Shown here one piece after another: positions 8,814-17,987 of a stretch of DNA of 64,000 nucleotides (positions are counted from its first letter, which is position 1; every line of letters starts with the position of its first letter). The DNA is from Hyphomicrobiales bacterium (GTDB lineage Bacteria > Pseudomonadota > Alphaproteobacteria > Rhizobiales > Aestuariivirgaceae). The stretch covers positions 8,151 through 72,150 of the forward strand of contig JANPDD010000153.1 of NCBI GenBank assembly GCA_031431295.1. The letters are read 5' to 3'. The notes under the pieces are model-generated. The model saw only the letters and a program-made list of their open reading frames with translations. It ran no database searches and was not told the origin of the DNA. The position numbers and the translations under genes are program-made.

Positions 8814-10415
8814 GTGCGGACCTTGCCAGTGTCACGTGATGTGGGCCATGCCAACGCCATGACGATTCGAAAGCACGTCCTGCTTTTTGCTGCCGGGGCA
8901 GCCGCCAGCCTCGCCATGCCGCCCGTTGGGCAATGGTGGGTGTTGTTTGTGGCCCTGCCGTTTCTGCTGCACCAGATTGAAGGCATTTCAAATGGGCAGG
9001 CCAAGAGGAGACTGCTGGCGGGATTTTGCGCCGGATTGGTGTTTGGAGCCGGATATTTCGTGGCCGCCCTGCACTGGATCTCCTTTGCGTTTTTCGTCGA
9101 TGCCGCAACCTATCTTTGGATGATGCCGTTTGCGCTTGGCGGACTGGCGCTGATCCTTGCGCTCTATTGGGGGGTTGCTGCGGCGGTGAGTGTCATGGTC
9201 CCGGCGTGGCTGGTGCCGCGGCATGTTTCACTGGCGTCACTGCTTGCCATTGCGGAATGGCTGCGCGGCCACGTGCTCACGGGTTTTCCATGGGCAGCGC
9301 CCGGCCTTGCCGTGGATGGCATGGGCGGAATTGCGCAACTCGCAAGCATCATCGGCATGCCGGGTCTCACGTTTCTGGTCATGCTGTGGTCGTTCATTCC
9401 ATTTGTGCTGTGGCGGCAGCGCGGCTTGCCTCTGCGATTGAGATTACGGCAGCACGTGCGCCCGGCACTTTTGTTGTTGTGCTTGCCGATCGCGTGGGCG
9501 TGGGGTGCGTATCGTCTTGCGGAAATGCCAACCGTGTTGCGTGACGATGTCGCGCTGCGCCTCGTGCAACCCAATATCAGCCAGAACGACAAGTGGCGAC
9601 AGGACAACGCCGCCCAAATTTTTGCGCAACTGCTCGAGCTCAGTGGCGAGGCAGCCAGCGGCCAACGCGAGATCGTCATCTGGCCCGAATCGGCCCTGCC
9701 TTTTTTTCTGGATGAAGAACCGGCGGCCCTGCAGCGCATTGCCGACAGGCTGGGGCCGGAGCGCCGGCTGCTGACCGGAGCCATCCGCCGCAGCGGTGTC
9801 GGCACGGTGAACGAGAAATATTTCACCAGCATCCTTCTCGTTGACGGGATGGGTTCGGTGCGTTCTGCCTATGACAAGTGGCGGCTCGTTCCCGGCGGGG
9901 AAATCCTGCCTTTCGAGCCGTTGCTGGCACGGCTCGGATTTCGCAAGCTCGTCAGTCTGCCGGAAAGTTTTACCGCAGGTCGGGGTCCCGCTGCCATTGA
10001 CGTACCGGGCGTGGGGCCAGCCGGGGCTCTCATCTGCTACGAAATCATCTTCCCGCATTTTCTGGTATCAACGATACGCCCGATGTGGCTGGTCAATGTC
10101 ACCAACGACGGTTGGTTTGGAAGATCCGCCGGTCCCTATCAGCATCTGGCACAGGCGAGGCTGCGCGCCCTTGAGCAGGGCCTGCCCGTGGTCCGTGCCG
10201 CCAACACCGGCATTTCAACGATCATTGATCCGCTAGGGCGAACAACAGCTTCGAGCAAGCTTGCTGAGGCGGGTGTCGTCACAGGTCGTTTGCCGGTGGC
10301 AATCGGCATGACAGTCTATGCTGGCTGGGGCGACTGGATGTTGGCATTTTGCCTTTGTGTTGCGCTGCTGGTGTCATGCAACTGCCCGCTTCCTAGGCAA
10401 AAGCAAAAGCATTGA
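8814..10415 (+). CDS. lnt: Apolipoprotein N-acyltransferase
   Basis: 533 aa with N-terminal multi-TM region and C-terminal CN-hydrolase domain (IVIWPESALPFF, ICYEIIFP). The true start may be the internal Met at about 8859 (MTIRKHVLLF). Confidence 0.9.
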   Translation: MRTLPVSRDVGHANAMTIRKHVLLFAAGAAASLAMPPVGQWWVLFVALPFLLHQIEGISNGQAKRRLLAGFCAGLVFGAGYFVAALHWISFAFFVDAATYLWMMPFALGGLALILALYWGVAAAVSVMVPAWLVPRHVSLASLLAIAEWLRGHVLTGFPWAAPGLAVDGMGGIAQLASIIGMPGLTFLVMLWSFIPFVLWRQRGLPLRLRLRQHVRPALLLLCLPIAWAWGAYRLAEMPTVLRDDVALRLVQPNISQNDKWRQDNAAQIFAQLLELSGEAASGQREIVIWPESALPFFLDEEPAALQRIADRLGPERRLLTGAIRRSGVGTVNEKYFTSILLVDGMGSVRSAYDKWRLVPGGEILPFEPLLARLGFRKLVSLPESFTAGRGPAAIDVPGVGPAGALICYEIIFPHFLVSTIRPMWLVNVTNDGWFGRSAGPYQHLAQARLRALEQGLPVVRAANTGISTIIDPLGRTTASSKLAEAGVVTGRLPVAIGMTVYAGWGDWMLAFCLCVALLVSCNCPLPRQKQKH

Positions 10416-10564
10416 AATGAAATTCTCCGGCGCTTTTGATTGTTTTACATGGCGAATTGTACTATTTTAGTCAGGTAACTGTGCGGAGTTCGTTCTTCCT
10501 TTGCATGACAAGAAAAACAATAACGCCGTGACTTAACTCGGCTGGGGGCAAGGGTCTGAGGGAA

Positions 10565-10969
10565 ATGGCGAGACGCGAGCCGAACTATATCGATGTCCAT
10601 GTCGGAATGCGCATGCGGATGAGGCGGCAATTCATCAGCATGAGTCAAGAGCGGCTGGGTGAGTTGTTGGGCATCACATTCCAGCAGGTGCAAAAATATG
10701 AAAAGGGCGCCAATCGCATCAGCGCCAGCAGGCTGTTCTATTCTGCCAAGACACTTGGCGTGCCGGTGCAGTTTTTCTTTGAGGGACTGCCTGGCCTGGA
10801 GAATGACGGCGGGTTGGCCGAAGGCGGCCGGGCGGATGACATTCTTGCGCCGCTCATGACACCGGAAGGGGTGCAGCTGGCCAAGGCTTTCCGTGAAGCG
10901 GACACCATCCATAAACGCAAATTGATCGTGGCCCTGGCCCGTCAGGTGGTCGATTCCAAAAATCCCTAG
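10565..10969 (+). CDS. XRE-family helix-turn-helix transcriptional regulator
   Basis: 134 aa. HTH_3 signature MSQERLGELLGITFQQVQKYEKGANRISASRL. Sits in the conserved position between lnt and metK. Confidence 0.85.
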   Translation: MARREPNYIDVHVGMRMRMRRQFISMSQERLGELLGITFQQVQKYEKGANRISASRLFYSAKTLGVPVQFFFEGLPGLENDGGLAEGGRADDILAPLMTPEGVQLAKAFREADTIHKRKLIVALARQVVDSKNP

Positions 10970-11025
10970 GTCACGTCCTGGAGCAAGGGGCAAGCACGTG
11001 GTCCAGGCTTTCGCCGAGATGACGC

Positions 11026-11100
11026 CACTTGCGAAGCGAAAGTTGCTCCGGATTCAATATGCTGCAGCAACCTATCTGCTTTCAATTGAACGCAGGGTGC
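11026..11100 (+). repeat. Conserved intergenic element, copy A (metK upstream region)
   Basis: cacttgcgaagcgaaagttgctccggattcaatatgctgcagcaac matches 60192-60237 at 43 of 46 positions. The ttcaattgaacgc block is shared downstream. Confidence 0.75.
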
Positions 11101-11265
11101 TTTCGTTTTTGAAGGGCGCGTTCAAGACCGACAAGACACGGCCGGAATTTGAACCGGCATGAATTGTGTTGCGGGCGTCTTGGCGCTTGACCCCATTTCA
11201 AGAGGCTGCCATTAACTCCCGCGCAACACATAAAGACTCCTTTATATCGATTTGACGAGGCAGAA

Positions 11266-12456
11266 ATGGCGCGCAAGAACTACGTATTCACCAGCGAAGC
11301 CGTGTCGGAGGGCCATCCTGACAAGGTTTGCGACCGCATCTCCGATGAAGTGGTTGACCTGTTCTTCCGGGAGGCCCTGGCCGAGGGCATGGACCCGTGG
11401 GCGGTTCGGGTGGCGTGTGAAACCCTTGCCACCACCAACCGGGTGGTGATTGCCGGCGAGTATCGCGGGCCCGCCTCGGTCACGCCAGCCAAGATAGAGG
11501 CGGCGGCGCGCCAGGCAATCCGTGACATCGGCTATGAGCAGAATGGCTTCCATTGGCAGACCGCCAAGATCGAGATCCTGCTGCACGGCCAATCCGCCGA
11601 CATTGCCAAGGGTGTGGATGCCGCAGCCCACAAGGACGAGGGAGCGGGCGACCAGGGCATCATGTTCGGCTATGCCTGTGATGAAACGCCGGACCTGTTG
11701 CCGGCACCGCTTTATTACTCACAGCGCATCCTGCATCTTCTGGCCCAGGCGAGGCATGGCGGTGAAAAGCGCCTGGGTCCTGACTCCAAAAGCCAGGTCA
11801 CCGTGCAATACAAGAACGGCAGGCCGGTTGCCGCCACGCAGATCGTGGTGTCGCACCAGCATCTCGATGAAAGCATGACTTCCGCCGATGTGAGGAAGCT
11901 CATTGAACCCTATGTGCGCAAAGCACTGCCCAAAGGCTGGGTCACGAAAGACACGGTGTGGCATGTGAACCCCACGGGAAAGTTCTTCATCGGCGGCCCC
12001 GATGGCGACGCGGGCCTCACCGGCCGCAAGATCATCGTTGACACCTATGGCGGTGCGGCACCCCATGGTGGTGGTGCCTTCTCCGGCAAGGACCCGACAA
12101 AGGTTGACCGTTCGGCGGCTTACGCGGCGCGCTATCTTGCCAAGAACATCGTTGCCGCCAAGCTGGCCTCGCGCTGCACGATCCAGCTTTCCTATGCCAT
12201 CGGCGTGTCGCAGCCATTGTCGGTCTATGTGGATACCCACGGCACCGGCAAGGTGAAAGAGGACAAGTTGGAAAAGGCGATCCGCAAGGTCATGGATCTT
12301 TCCCCGCGTGGCATCCGCACCCATCTTGATTTGAACAAGCCCATCTATGCTCGCACCGCAGCCTACGGCCATTTCGGCCGCAAGGCCGAGAAAGACGGCG
12401 GCTTTTCCTGGGAGCGCACAAACTTGGTGAAGAAGCTCAAAGCTGCGGTGAAGTGA
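11266..12456 (+). CDS. metK: S-adenosylmethionine synthetase
   Basis: 396 aa. [51 protein letters not shown] motifs. Confidence 0.97.
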   Translation: MARKNYVFTSEAVSEGHPDKVCDRISDEVVDLFFREALAEGMDPWAVRVACETLATTNRVVIAGEYRGPASVTPAKIEAAARQAIRDIGYEQNGFHWQTAKIEILLHGQSADIAKGVDAAAHKDEGAGDQGIMFGYACDETPDLLPAPLYYSQRILHLLAQARHGGEKRLGPDSKSQVTVQYKNGRPVAATQIVVSHQHLDESMTSADVRKLIEPYVRKALPKGWVTKDTVWHVNPTGKFFIGGPDGDAGLTGRKIIVDTYGGAAPHGGGAFSGKDPTKVDRSAAYAARYLAKNIVAAKLASRCTIQLSYAIGVSQPLSVYVDTHGTGKVKEDKLEKAIRKVMDLSPRGIRTHLDLNKPIYARTAAYGHFGRKAEKDGGFSWERTNLVKKLKAAVK

Positions 12457-13106
12457 CGACACCTTCACCACGGCATCAATTCTACGGGCGGCGCAAGGGG
12501 AAACCTTTGCGCCGTCATCATTCAGAGCTGATGCTGTCACTGCTGCCTGGCATTTCCGTTGACCTCGCCGATCCATTGGCGCTGACGCAGAAGCGGTGCT
12601 GGCTTGAGATCGGTTTTGGCGGTGGTGAGCATGTGGCCCATCAGGCGGTGCTGCATCCCGATGTTTCGTTGATCGGCGCCGAGGCCTTTCAAAACGGTGT
12701 GGCCAAGCTCCTCGCCCATATCGAAGAAAAAGCCATCGGCAACCTGCGGGTTCACTATGGCGACGCGCGCGACCTCATGGAGGCTTTGACGGATGCCGTG
12801 TTTGAACGCATTTACCTGCTTTATCCCGATCCGTGGCCCAAGGAACGCCAGAAGAAACGGCGCTTCGTCAATGCTGCCAACCTCACACATATCCACCGGC
12901 TCCTCAAACCCGACGGCCTGTGGCTTTTTGCCAGTGACATACCGGACTACGTGGGCTGGACCCGAGAGCACGTCTCCGGTCATGGCGGCTTTGTGGAGGA
13001 AGGCGACCCTACGCAGCCTTACGAGAATTGGACGCGCACGCGCTATGAAGCCAAGGCCATCCGTGAAGGGCGTGTTCCCGCCTATCTCACCTTCCGAAAA
13101 CGGTGA
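12453..13106 (+). CDS. trmB: tRNA (guanine-N7)-methyltransferase
   Basis: 217 aa. [13 protein letters not shown]-binding motif and [16 protein letters not shown] signature. Start overlaps the metK stop. Confidence 0.9.
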   Translation: MTTPSPRHQFYGRRKGKPLRRHHSELMLSLLPGISVDLADPLALTQKRCWLEIGFGGGEHVAHQAVLHPDVSLIGAEAFQNGVAKLLAHIEEKAIGNLRVHYGDARDLMEALTDAVFERIYLLYPDPWPKERQKKRRFVNAANLTHIHRLLKPDGLWLFASDIPDYVGWTREHVSGHGGFVEEGDPTQPYENWTRTRYEAKAIREGRVPAYLTFRKR

Positions 13107-13185
13107 ACTGCCAAAGAAGCAGTTTTGCGGGCTTCCCAGTTTGTTCTATGGCTGTGGCAATTCTGTCATAAACGGAGGCGGGCCC

Positions 13186-13830
13186 GTGTTCCACCTGATC
13201 AAGTCCATCATGCCGAAGGAAGAGAAGTTTTTTGATCTCTTCGAAGCCCATGCCGCAAAGGCGCAGGAGGCAGCGCTCTCGCTGCGCGCCATTCTCGATG
13301 GTGGAAAAGCCGTGGCCGACAATTGCGCCACCCTCTCCCGCCAGGAGGAGGAGGCCGACCATATTTCCTACGAGGTCATGCAGGCCATCCGCCGCGCCTT
13401 CATCACACCGTTTGACCGGAGCGACATCAAGGCCCTGTCGTCGGCGCTGGATGATGCCATTGACCAGATGAACAAGACCGGCAAGGTGGTCATGCTCTAT
13501 GATGTCAGGGCCTTTGAACCCAACATGCGCGCCATGGCGGACCGGGTGATCATGCTTGGCAAGCTGACGGCGGAAGCGCTGCCGCTCTTGCGCAACATCG
13601 GCCAGCACTCCGCGAAACTCCACACCCTTGCCGGTGAGATCAGCAAGATCGAGGAACAATCGGACCAGTTGAATGACGAGGGCCTTCGCACCCTCTACAA
13701 GGGCAGGGCCAAAAAAGACCCGCTGGCCTTCATTGTCGGCGCGGAACTCTATGAGCATCTCGAAAAAGTCTGCGACCGGTTTGAAGATGTGGCTCACGTG
13801 ATGAGCGACATCGTGATCGAGCACGCCTGA
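13186..13830 (+). CDS. DUF47 / PhoU-like phosphate-transport regulator
   Basis: C-terminal part of track ORF 12793-13830. GTG at 13186 is preceded by a GGAGG RBS. VFHLIKSIMPKEEKFFDLFEAHA is a typical DUF47 N-terminus. Paired with the PiT transporter downstream. Confidence 0.8.
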   Translation: MFHLIKSIMPKEEKFFDLFEAHAAKAQEAALSLRAILDGGKAVADNCATLSRQEEEADHISYEVMQAIRRAFITPFDRSDIKALSSALDDAIDQMNKTGKVVMLYDVRAFEPNMRAMADRVIMLGKLTAEALPLLRNIGQHSAKLHTLAGEISKIEEQSDQLNDEGLRTLYKGRAKKDPLAFIVGAELYEHLEKVCDRFEDVAHVMSDIVIEHA

Positions 13831-13846
13831 TCCGGGAGCCCAGCCC

Positions 13847-14848
13847 ATGGACCCCACTGTTGTCACAACCACGCTGGTCTTCCTGATCGGCGTCGCCCTC
13901 CTGTTCGATCTCATCAACGGCATGCATGACGCGGCAAACTCGATTGCCACCGTCGTTTCCACCCGTGTGCTCAAGCCATTTCATGCTGTGTTATGGGCGG
14001 GCTTTTTCAACTTCGCAGCCTATTTCATTTTTGACACCCATGTCGCCAATACCATCGGCAAGGGCCTCATTTCGCCGGATCTTGTGGACAACGCCGTGAT
14101 CTTCGGGGCCCTGATGGGGGCCATCACGTGGAATCTCATCACCTGGTGGGGCGGCATTCCCTCATCATCGTCGCATGCGCTGGTGGGTGGCATCGTGGGA
14201 GCCGGCGTCACCAAGGCTGGATTCTCGTCCATCGTCTGGGGCGGGCTGTCAAAAACCCTTTATGCCATTGTGCTGTCGCCACTGACGGGGTTCATTCTCG
14301 GCATTCTGCTGGTGATCATTATAAGCTGGCTTTTTGTGCGCGCCAACCCGGCCTTTGCGGACGCATTCTTTCGCAAACTGCAGCTGTTGACGGCGGCTTT
14401 GTTTTCGCTGGGTCACGGCAGCAATGACGCGCAAAAAACCGCCGGCATCATCGCGGTCCTGCTTTACTCAAACGGCTTCTATGAAGAGTTCACGGTGCCA
14501 GGATGGGTCATCCTGTCGTGCTATAGTGTCATGGGGCTGGGTACGATGCTGGGCGGGTGGCGCATCGTCCACACCATGGGCTCAAGGATCACCAAGCTGG
14601 CGCCCATGCAGGGGGCCTGCGCCGAAACGGCCGGCGCGTTGACGCTGTTTGCCGCGACAAATCTTGGCGTCCCCGTCTCGACAACCCATACGATTACGAG
14701 TGCGATTGTCGGCGTTGGATCGGTCAAACGCGCTTCGGCTGTGAGGTGGGGATTGGCCGGACGCATCGTCTGGGCATGGGTCATCACCATCCCGGCCTCG
14801 GCCGCGCTGGCAGCGGCGTTCTACTGGCTCGCCACGCACGTCTTGTGA
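13847..14848 (+). CDS. pit: Inorganic phosphate transporter, PiT family
   Basis: 333 aa, multi-TM. GMHDAANSIAT and GSNDAQKTAG PHO4 repeat motifs. Confidence 0.92.
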   Translation: MDPTVVTTTLVFLIGVALLFDLINGMHDAANSIATVVSTRVLKPFHAVLWAGFFNFAAYFIFDTHVANTIGKGLISPDLVDNAVIFGALMGAITWNLITWWGGIPSSSSHALVGGIVGAGVTKAGFSSIVWGGLSKTLYAIVLSPLTGFILGILLVIIISWLFVRANPAFADAFFRKLQLLTAALFSLGHGSNDAQKTAGIIAVLLYSNGFYEEFTVPGWVILSCYSVMGLGTMLGGWRIVHTMGSRITKLAPMQGACAETAGALTLFAATNLGVPVSTTHTITSAIVGVGSVKRASAVRWGLAGRIVWAWVITIPASAALAAAFYWLATHVL

Positions 14849-15264
14849 TGGCTACACCGGAGCAAGTTGCGGCGCTGTGCTGGCGCAAGAAAAAATCAGG
14901 GATCGAAATCCTGCTCATCACCTCGCGGGAAACCAGGCGTTGGGTCATCCCCAAGGGCTGGCCCATGCCGGGACTGAAGAATTACAACGCCGCGCGCCGC
15001 GAGGCCTTTGAAGAGGCGGGCGTTGAAGGCCATGTGAGGCGAAAGCCGATCGGCACGTACCGCTACCACAAGCGCGGCGGCGGCAGCCCCACCGCCATCG
15101 CTGTGACAGTCTACAGCCTTGAGGTGAAACAACAGCGCAGGTCCTGGCCCGAAATGAAAGAACGCAAGCGGGCCTGGTTCACGGCCCTTGAGGCCCAGCA
15201 CCTTGTGCAGGAAGCGGAACTGAAGCGGCTGTTCCGGCGCATCGAAAAGCGCCAAAGAGTTTAG
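14848..15264 (+). CDS. NUDIX hydrolase
   Basis: ATG at 14848 overlaps the PiT TGA by 1 nt. NUDIX box GWPMPGLKNYNAARREAFEEAGVEG. Confidence 0.85.
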   Translation: MATPEQVAALCWRKKKSGIEILLITSRETRRWVIPKGWPMPGLKNYNAARREAFEEAGVEGHVRRKPIGTYRYHKRGGGSPTAIAVTVYSLEVKQQRRSWPEMKERKRAWFTALEAQHLVQEAELKRLFRRIEKRQRV

Positions 15265-15288
15265 GGCACGTCCGGCGCGCCACTTGCC

Positions 15289-15543
15289 TCAAGACTGCGA
15301 ATGCGGGGCGGGCGGCGAATTGGGCACGTGCAGGCTCTGGTTCATGTCACAGGGCTTGTTCAGCACCGTCCAACTGGAATTGTTCAGCACCATTTCACAG
15401 CGCGCCAGCGTTGGGCCATCGGCGGACGTGATGCAGGCGGTCTCGCCCTGCTTTGCTTCACCGCTGGCATAGAGGCATTTGCACGCCGCGTGTGCGGGTG
15501 CCGCAGCGGCACAAAGAGCAAGGGCAAGCAAAATCCTGTCCAT
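15289..15543 (-). CDS. Small secreted Cys-containing hypothetical protein
   Basis: 84 aa. Signal peptide MDRILLALALCAAAAPAHA followed by several Cys. Coding status inferred from the ORF and signal peptide only. Confidence 0.5.
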   Translation of the reverse strand: MDRILLALALCAAAAPAHAACKCLYASGEAKQGETACITSADGPTLARCEMVLNNSSWTVLNKPCDMNQSLHVPNSPPAPHSQS

Positions 15544-15808
15544 GGCGCCATGAGGCTCTTTCGCCGGGGCAAAGTCAAATCACATTAGGGGACTTGACCG
15601 GGTTCGTGGCCCAGCGAAGAAACCATTTGCATAGCCTTTGCCGTGCTTGGCGCCCTTCCCGGGGGTGCTCAGTCCGAAAATTCCAAGCGCTTCATTTGCT
15701 GAAAAATTCTCGGCATCACCCAGAAGCCATTTCCTCAGTTTTCTGATTAGCTTGGAGGAATTGACCTACTGGACCCTCCTTTGAGAAAGTGCCAGGTTGC
15801 TTTTCGCG

Positions 15809-16123
15809 ATGCAAGGTCCCAACACACTGATTTGCTATTGTTACCGCGATGCCGGGAATACAAAATTCTGGGGCGAGTTCGTTGTGTTAGGCCAAGTCAC
15901 GCGAAAGCAACTTGAGAAATTCTTGTTCGATGGTGAGTGGTTTGTTCCGGAACAGATTGGACTCAATCACTTGCTTAAGGAGCCGTGGTCGAAACTCGAC
16001 CATATATTGCACGAACTGCATGAATTTGAAGACACGGAAAGAACAGACCATTTTTGCGGTGCCGACGAATTGATTGAGAAATTTGAGTGTGCTCACACAA
16101 AGGGTTGGTTTGACGGGTACTAA
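15809..16123 (+). CDS. Small Cys/His-containing hypothetical protein, first gene of the islet operon
   Basis: Track ORF 15797-16123; the ATG at 15809 gives MQGPNTLICYCYRDAGNTKFWGEF... with CxC near the N-terminus and CGADELIEKFECAH near the C-terminus. The stop TAA overlaps the next ATG (TAATG). Confidence 0.6.
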   Translation: MQGPNTLICYCYRDAGNTKFWGEFVVLGQVTRKQLEKFLFDGEWFVPEQIGLNHLLKEPWSKLDHILHELHEFEDTERTDHFCGADELIEKFECAHTKGWFDGY

Positions 16124-16971
16124 TGACCATGGCGACACAGCGCGGCACCGACTGGAGCGTTGATGAGGTTGAGGTCTGCGTCGCAGCCTACTTCGATCAT
16201 TTGGCCTTGGAACTCACGGGGAACACATTCAACAAGGCACAGTTATATCGGGACTTATCCGAGCAGACGGGTAGAACTGCCAAATCTATTGAGTTCAAAT
16301 TTCAAAATATATCAGCAATCCTAAATGCCATAGGTCGCGAATGGATGACGGGCTTAGCTCCATTGGCAAATTACCAAGAACTTCTCGCACAGAAGGTTTC
16401 CCAGCACATCGTCAGAATTGATGATCTTCCACTGAATTCACTGGTCGACCTGCAAAACGAAACGTTAGGGTTGAGCGAATCCGCATCTTTCTATTTGGAG
16501 GCTCCGCCTGAGCTGCGCAGGTTGTCAGACGACCCTCCAGAATATATTGCGGCCCTCGCTCGCAAATTCGATCCAGTTGAACGGGACATCAAGAATCGGG
16601 CGCTTGGTGAAGCTGGGGAGCAGTTTATCTTCAACCACGAAAAGCGCTTCCTCTCACTTATTGGACGAAGAGACCTTGCTAATAACGTGAGGTGGACAGC
16701 AAGAGAAGAAGGCGATGGGGCAGGCTACGATGTGTTGAGCTTTACGGACCGGGGAGAGAAAAAATACATCGAAGTAAAGACGACAGTTGGAAGCGAGCGA
16801 ACGCCTTTCTTTGTTAGTCGCAATGAACACAGGTTTTGCAAACATAATTTAGAGCATTACAATCTCGTTCGAATCTTCAATTTTCGCAAAGGAATGAGGG
16901 GGTTTGAACTTCGTGGAGATATTGAGCAATATGTTCGACTGTCGACTGAGAGTTATCGCGCCGAGTTCTGA
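16123..16971 (+). CDS. DUF3883-like (restriction-endonuclease fold) domain protein with an N-terminal WS-DE helical domain
   Basis: 282 aa. C-terminal GEAGEQFIFNHEKRFL...GYDVLSF...KYIEVKTT...FFVSRNEHRF...YNLVRIFNF matches my recollection of DUF3883 and carries a D...ExK nuclease-type motif. The N-terminus DWSVDEVEVCVAAYF...RTAKSIEFKFQNISAIL resembles the leader domain of many HNH/restriction-like proteins. Confidence 0.65.
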   Translation: MTMATQRGTDWSVDEVEVCVAAYFDHLALELTGNTFNKAQLYRDLSEQTGRTAKSIEFKFQNISAILNAIGREWMTGLAPLANYQELLAQKVSQHIVRIDDLPLNSLVDLQNETLGLSESASFYLEAPPELRRLSDDPPEYIAALARKFDPVERDIKNRALGEAGEQFIFNHEKRFLSLIGRRDLANNVRWTAREEGDGAGYDVLSFTDRGEKKYIEVKTTVGSERTPFFVSRNEHRFCKHNLEHYNLVRIFNFRKGMRGFELRGDIEQYVRLSTESYRAEF

Positions 16972-16979
16972 ATGTTGGG

Positions 16980-17189
16980 TCATCCGCTTTCAACCCACAG
17001 CACATTCATCCCATCCGTATCTACCGCCACCACTCCAATATTCCGGTCCTCGGCTTTCGCTGCACAGGCGCTTTGATAGGTCGGCGCGAGAATGTTCTCG
17101 GCACTCTGGGCGACAAATCTTTCATATGCATGAGACCCCTTCGGCGGGAGCACGAGCATAAAAATTAGAAATGTGAGCATCCCGCACAT
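16980..17189 (-). CDS. Small hypothetical protein with N-terminal hydrophobic helix
   Basis: 69 aa, MCGMLTFLIFMLVLPP... Convergent with the DUF3883 gene. Preceded on the minus strand by TTGACT-17nt-TATATG and the palindrome atcctacaataggat (17192-17206). Confidence 0.4.
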   Translation of the reverse strand: MCGMLTFLIFMLVLPPKGSHAYERFVAQSAENILAPTYQSACAAKAEDRNIGVVAVDTDGMNVLWVESG

Positions 17190-17306
17190 ATATCCTACAA
17201 TAGGATAAAAGTCAAGAAGAATCTCGACCCTTGTGCCGTGTCTGCAAAAGGCCTATGGGAGGCCCACGAATTCACTCACATAGCCACGCAAGTGGAACAT
17301 GAGGGT

Positions 17307-17333
17307 GGGTCCCGAAAGGGACCCGCTTTTTTT
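17307..17333 (+). terminator. Strong intrinsic terminator 24 nt upstream of rimP
   Basis: gggtccc-gaaa-gggaccc followed by gcttttttt. No annotated plus-strand gene ends here. Confidence 0.8.
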
Positions 17334-17357
17334 ATTGCCTGAAGCAGACCTGACAGA

Positions 17358-17987
17358 ATGACCGAACGACTTGCAAGGGAGACCGGACCCGCAGCGCGCA
17401 TCGCAGCACTTGCGGAGCCTGTGCTGGCGGACCTTGGCTTCCGGCTGGTCCGGGTCAAGCTCAGCGGCAGCACCGTGCAGGTCATGGCGGAGCGGCCGGA
17501 CGGCACCTTCACCATTGACGACTGCACGAATTTCTCGCGGGCCTTTTCGCCGGTCATGGATGTGGAAGACGTCATGTCCGGACGCTACCATCTGGAAGTG
17601 TCATCACCCGGCATTGACCGGCCCCTGGTGCGGCCTGCGGATTTCGAGGATTGGGCAGGCCATGAGGTCAAGCTCGAGATGGCGGTGCCGCAGGCGGGGC
17701 GCAAGCGTTTCAAGGGTGAGCTTGAGGGCTACACGCAAGGCGAAGTCAGGCTGTTCATTGAAAATCCGGAAGGTCCGGCGAAAGAGCCTGTGCTGATCGG
17801 TGTGCCCTTTGCCGATATCGGCGAAGCGCGTCTTTCGCTCACTGACAAACTGATCGCGGCGGCCAAGGCAAGGCGTGCCGCACACAACGATGCGGTCGGG
17901 GATGCCTCCGACTTTGATGGCGAGATCAAGACCCCCGAAGATGACGACGGGGACGAGGACGAAGAAAAAGGAAACGACAATGGCTAA
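17358..17987 (+). CDS. rimP: Ribosome maturation factor RimP
   Basis: 209 aa. [18 protein letters not shown] and [14 protein letters not shown] motifs. Acidic C-terminal tail. Directly upstream of nusA. Confidence 0.92.
   Translation: MTERLARETGPAARIAALAEPVLADLGFRLVRVKLSGSTVQVMAERPDGTFTIDDCTNFSRAFSPVMDVEDVMSGRYHLEVSSPGIDRPLVRPADFEDWAGHEVKLEMAVPQAGRKRFKGELEGYTQGEVRLFIENPEGPAKEPVLIGVPFADIGEARLSLTDKLIAAAKARRAAHNDAVGDASDFDGEIKTPEDDDGDEDEEKGNDNG

Larger units (their letters stand above)
15560..17250. other. Low-GC accessory islet between NUDIX/secreted-protein genes and rimP
   Basis: Visibly AT-richer by eye than the flanking ~60% GC DNA. Holds three ORFs without housekeeping identity. No integrase or clear flanking direct repeats found. 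Confidence 0.6.

Noticed and set aside
10970-11265. Possible SAM riboswitch in the metK leader
   Set aside because: I looked for SAM-II or SAM-SAH-like pseudoknot signatures and could not support one by eye. The only notable feature is the repeat shared with the clpB leader. A covariance-model scan is needed to settle it.
12793-13185. Upstream extension of the DUF47 ORF (track ORF 12793-13830)
   Set aside because: It overlaps trmB out of frame and has no protein-like pattern. A GGAGG-preceded GTG at 13186 gives a canonical DUF47 N-terminus.
15560-15770. Minus-strand coding-like fragment (…KWLLGDAENFSANEALGIFGLSTPGKGAKHGKGYANGFFAGPRTRSSPLM*) at the left edge of the low-GC islet
   Set aside because: The frame is closed by TAG upstream with no ATG/GTG/TTG start after it. 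At most it is a gene remnant. I could not assign a family, so it is not called as a feature.
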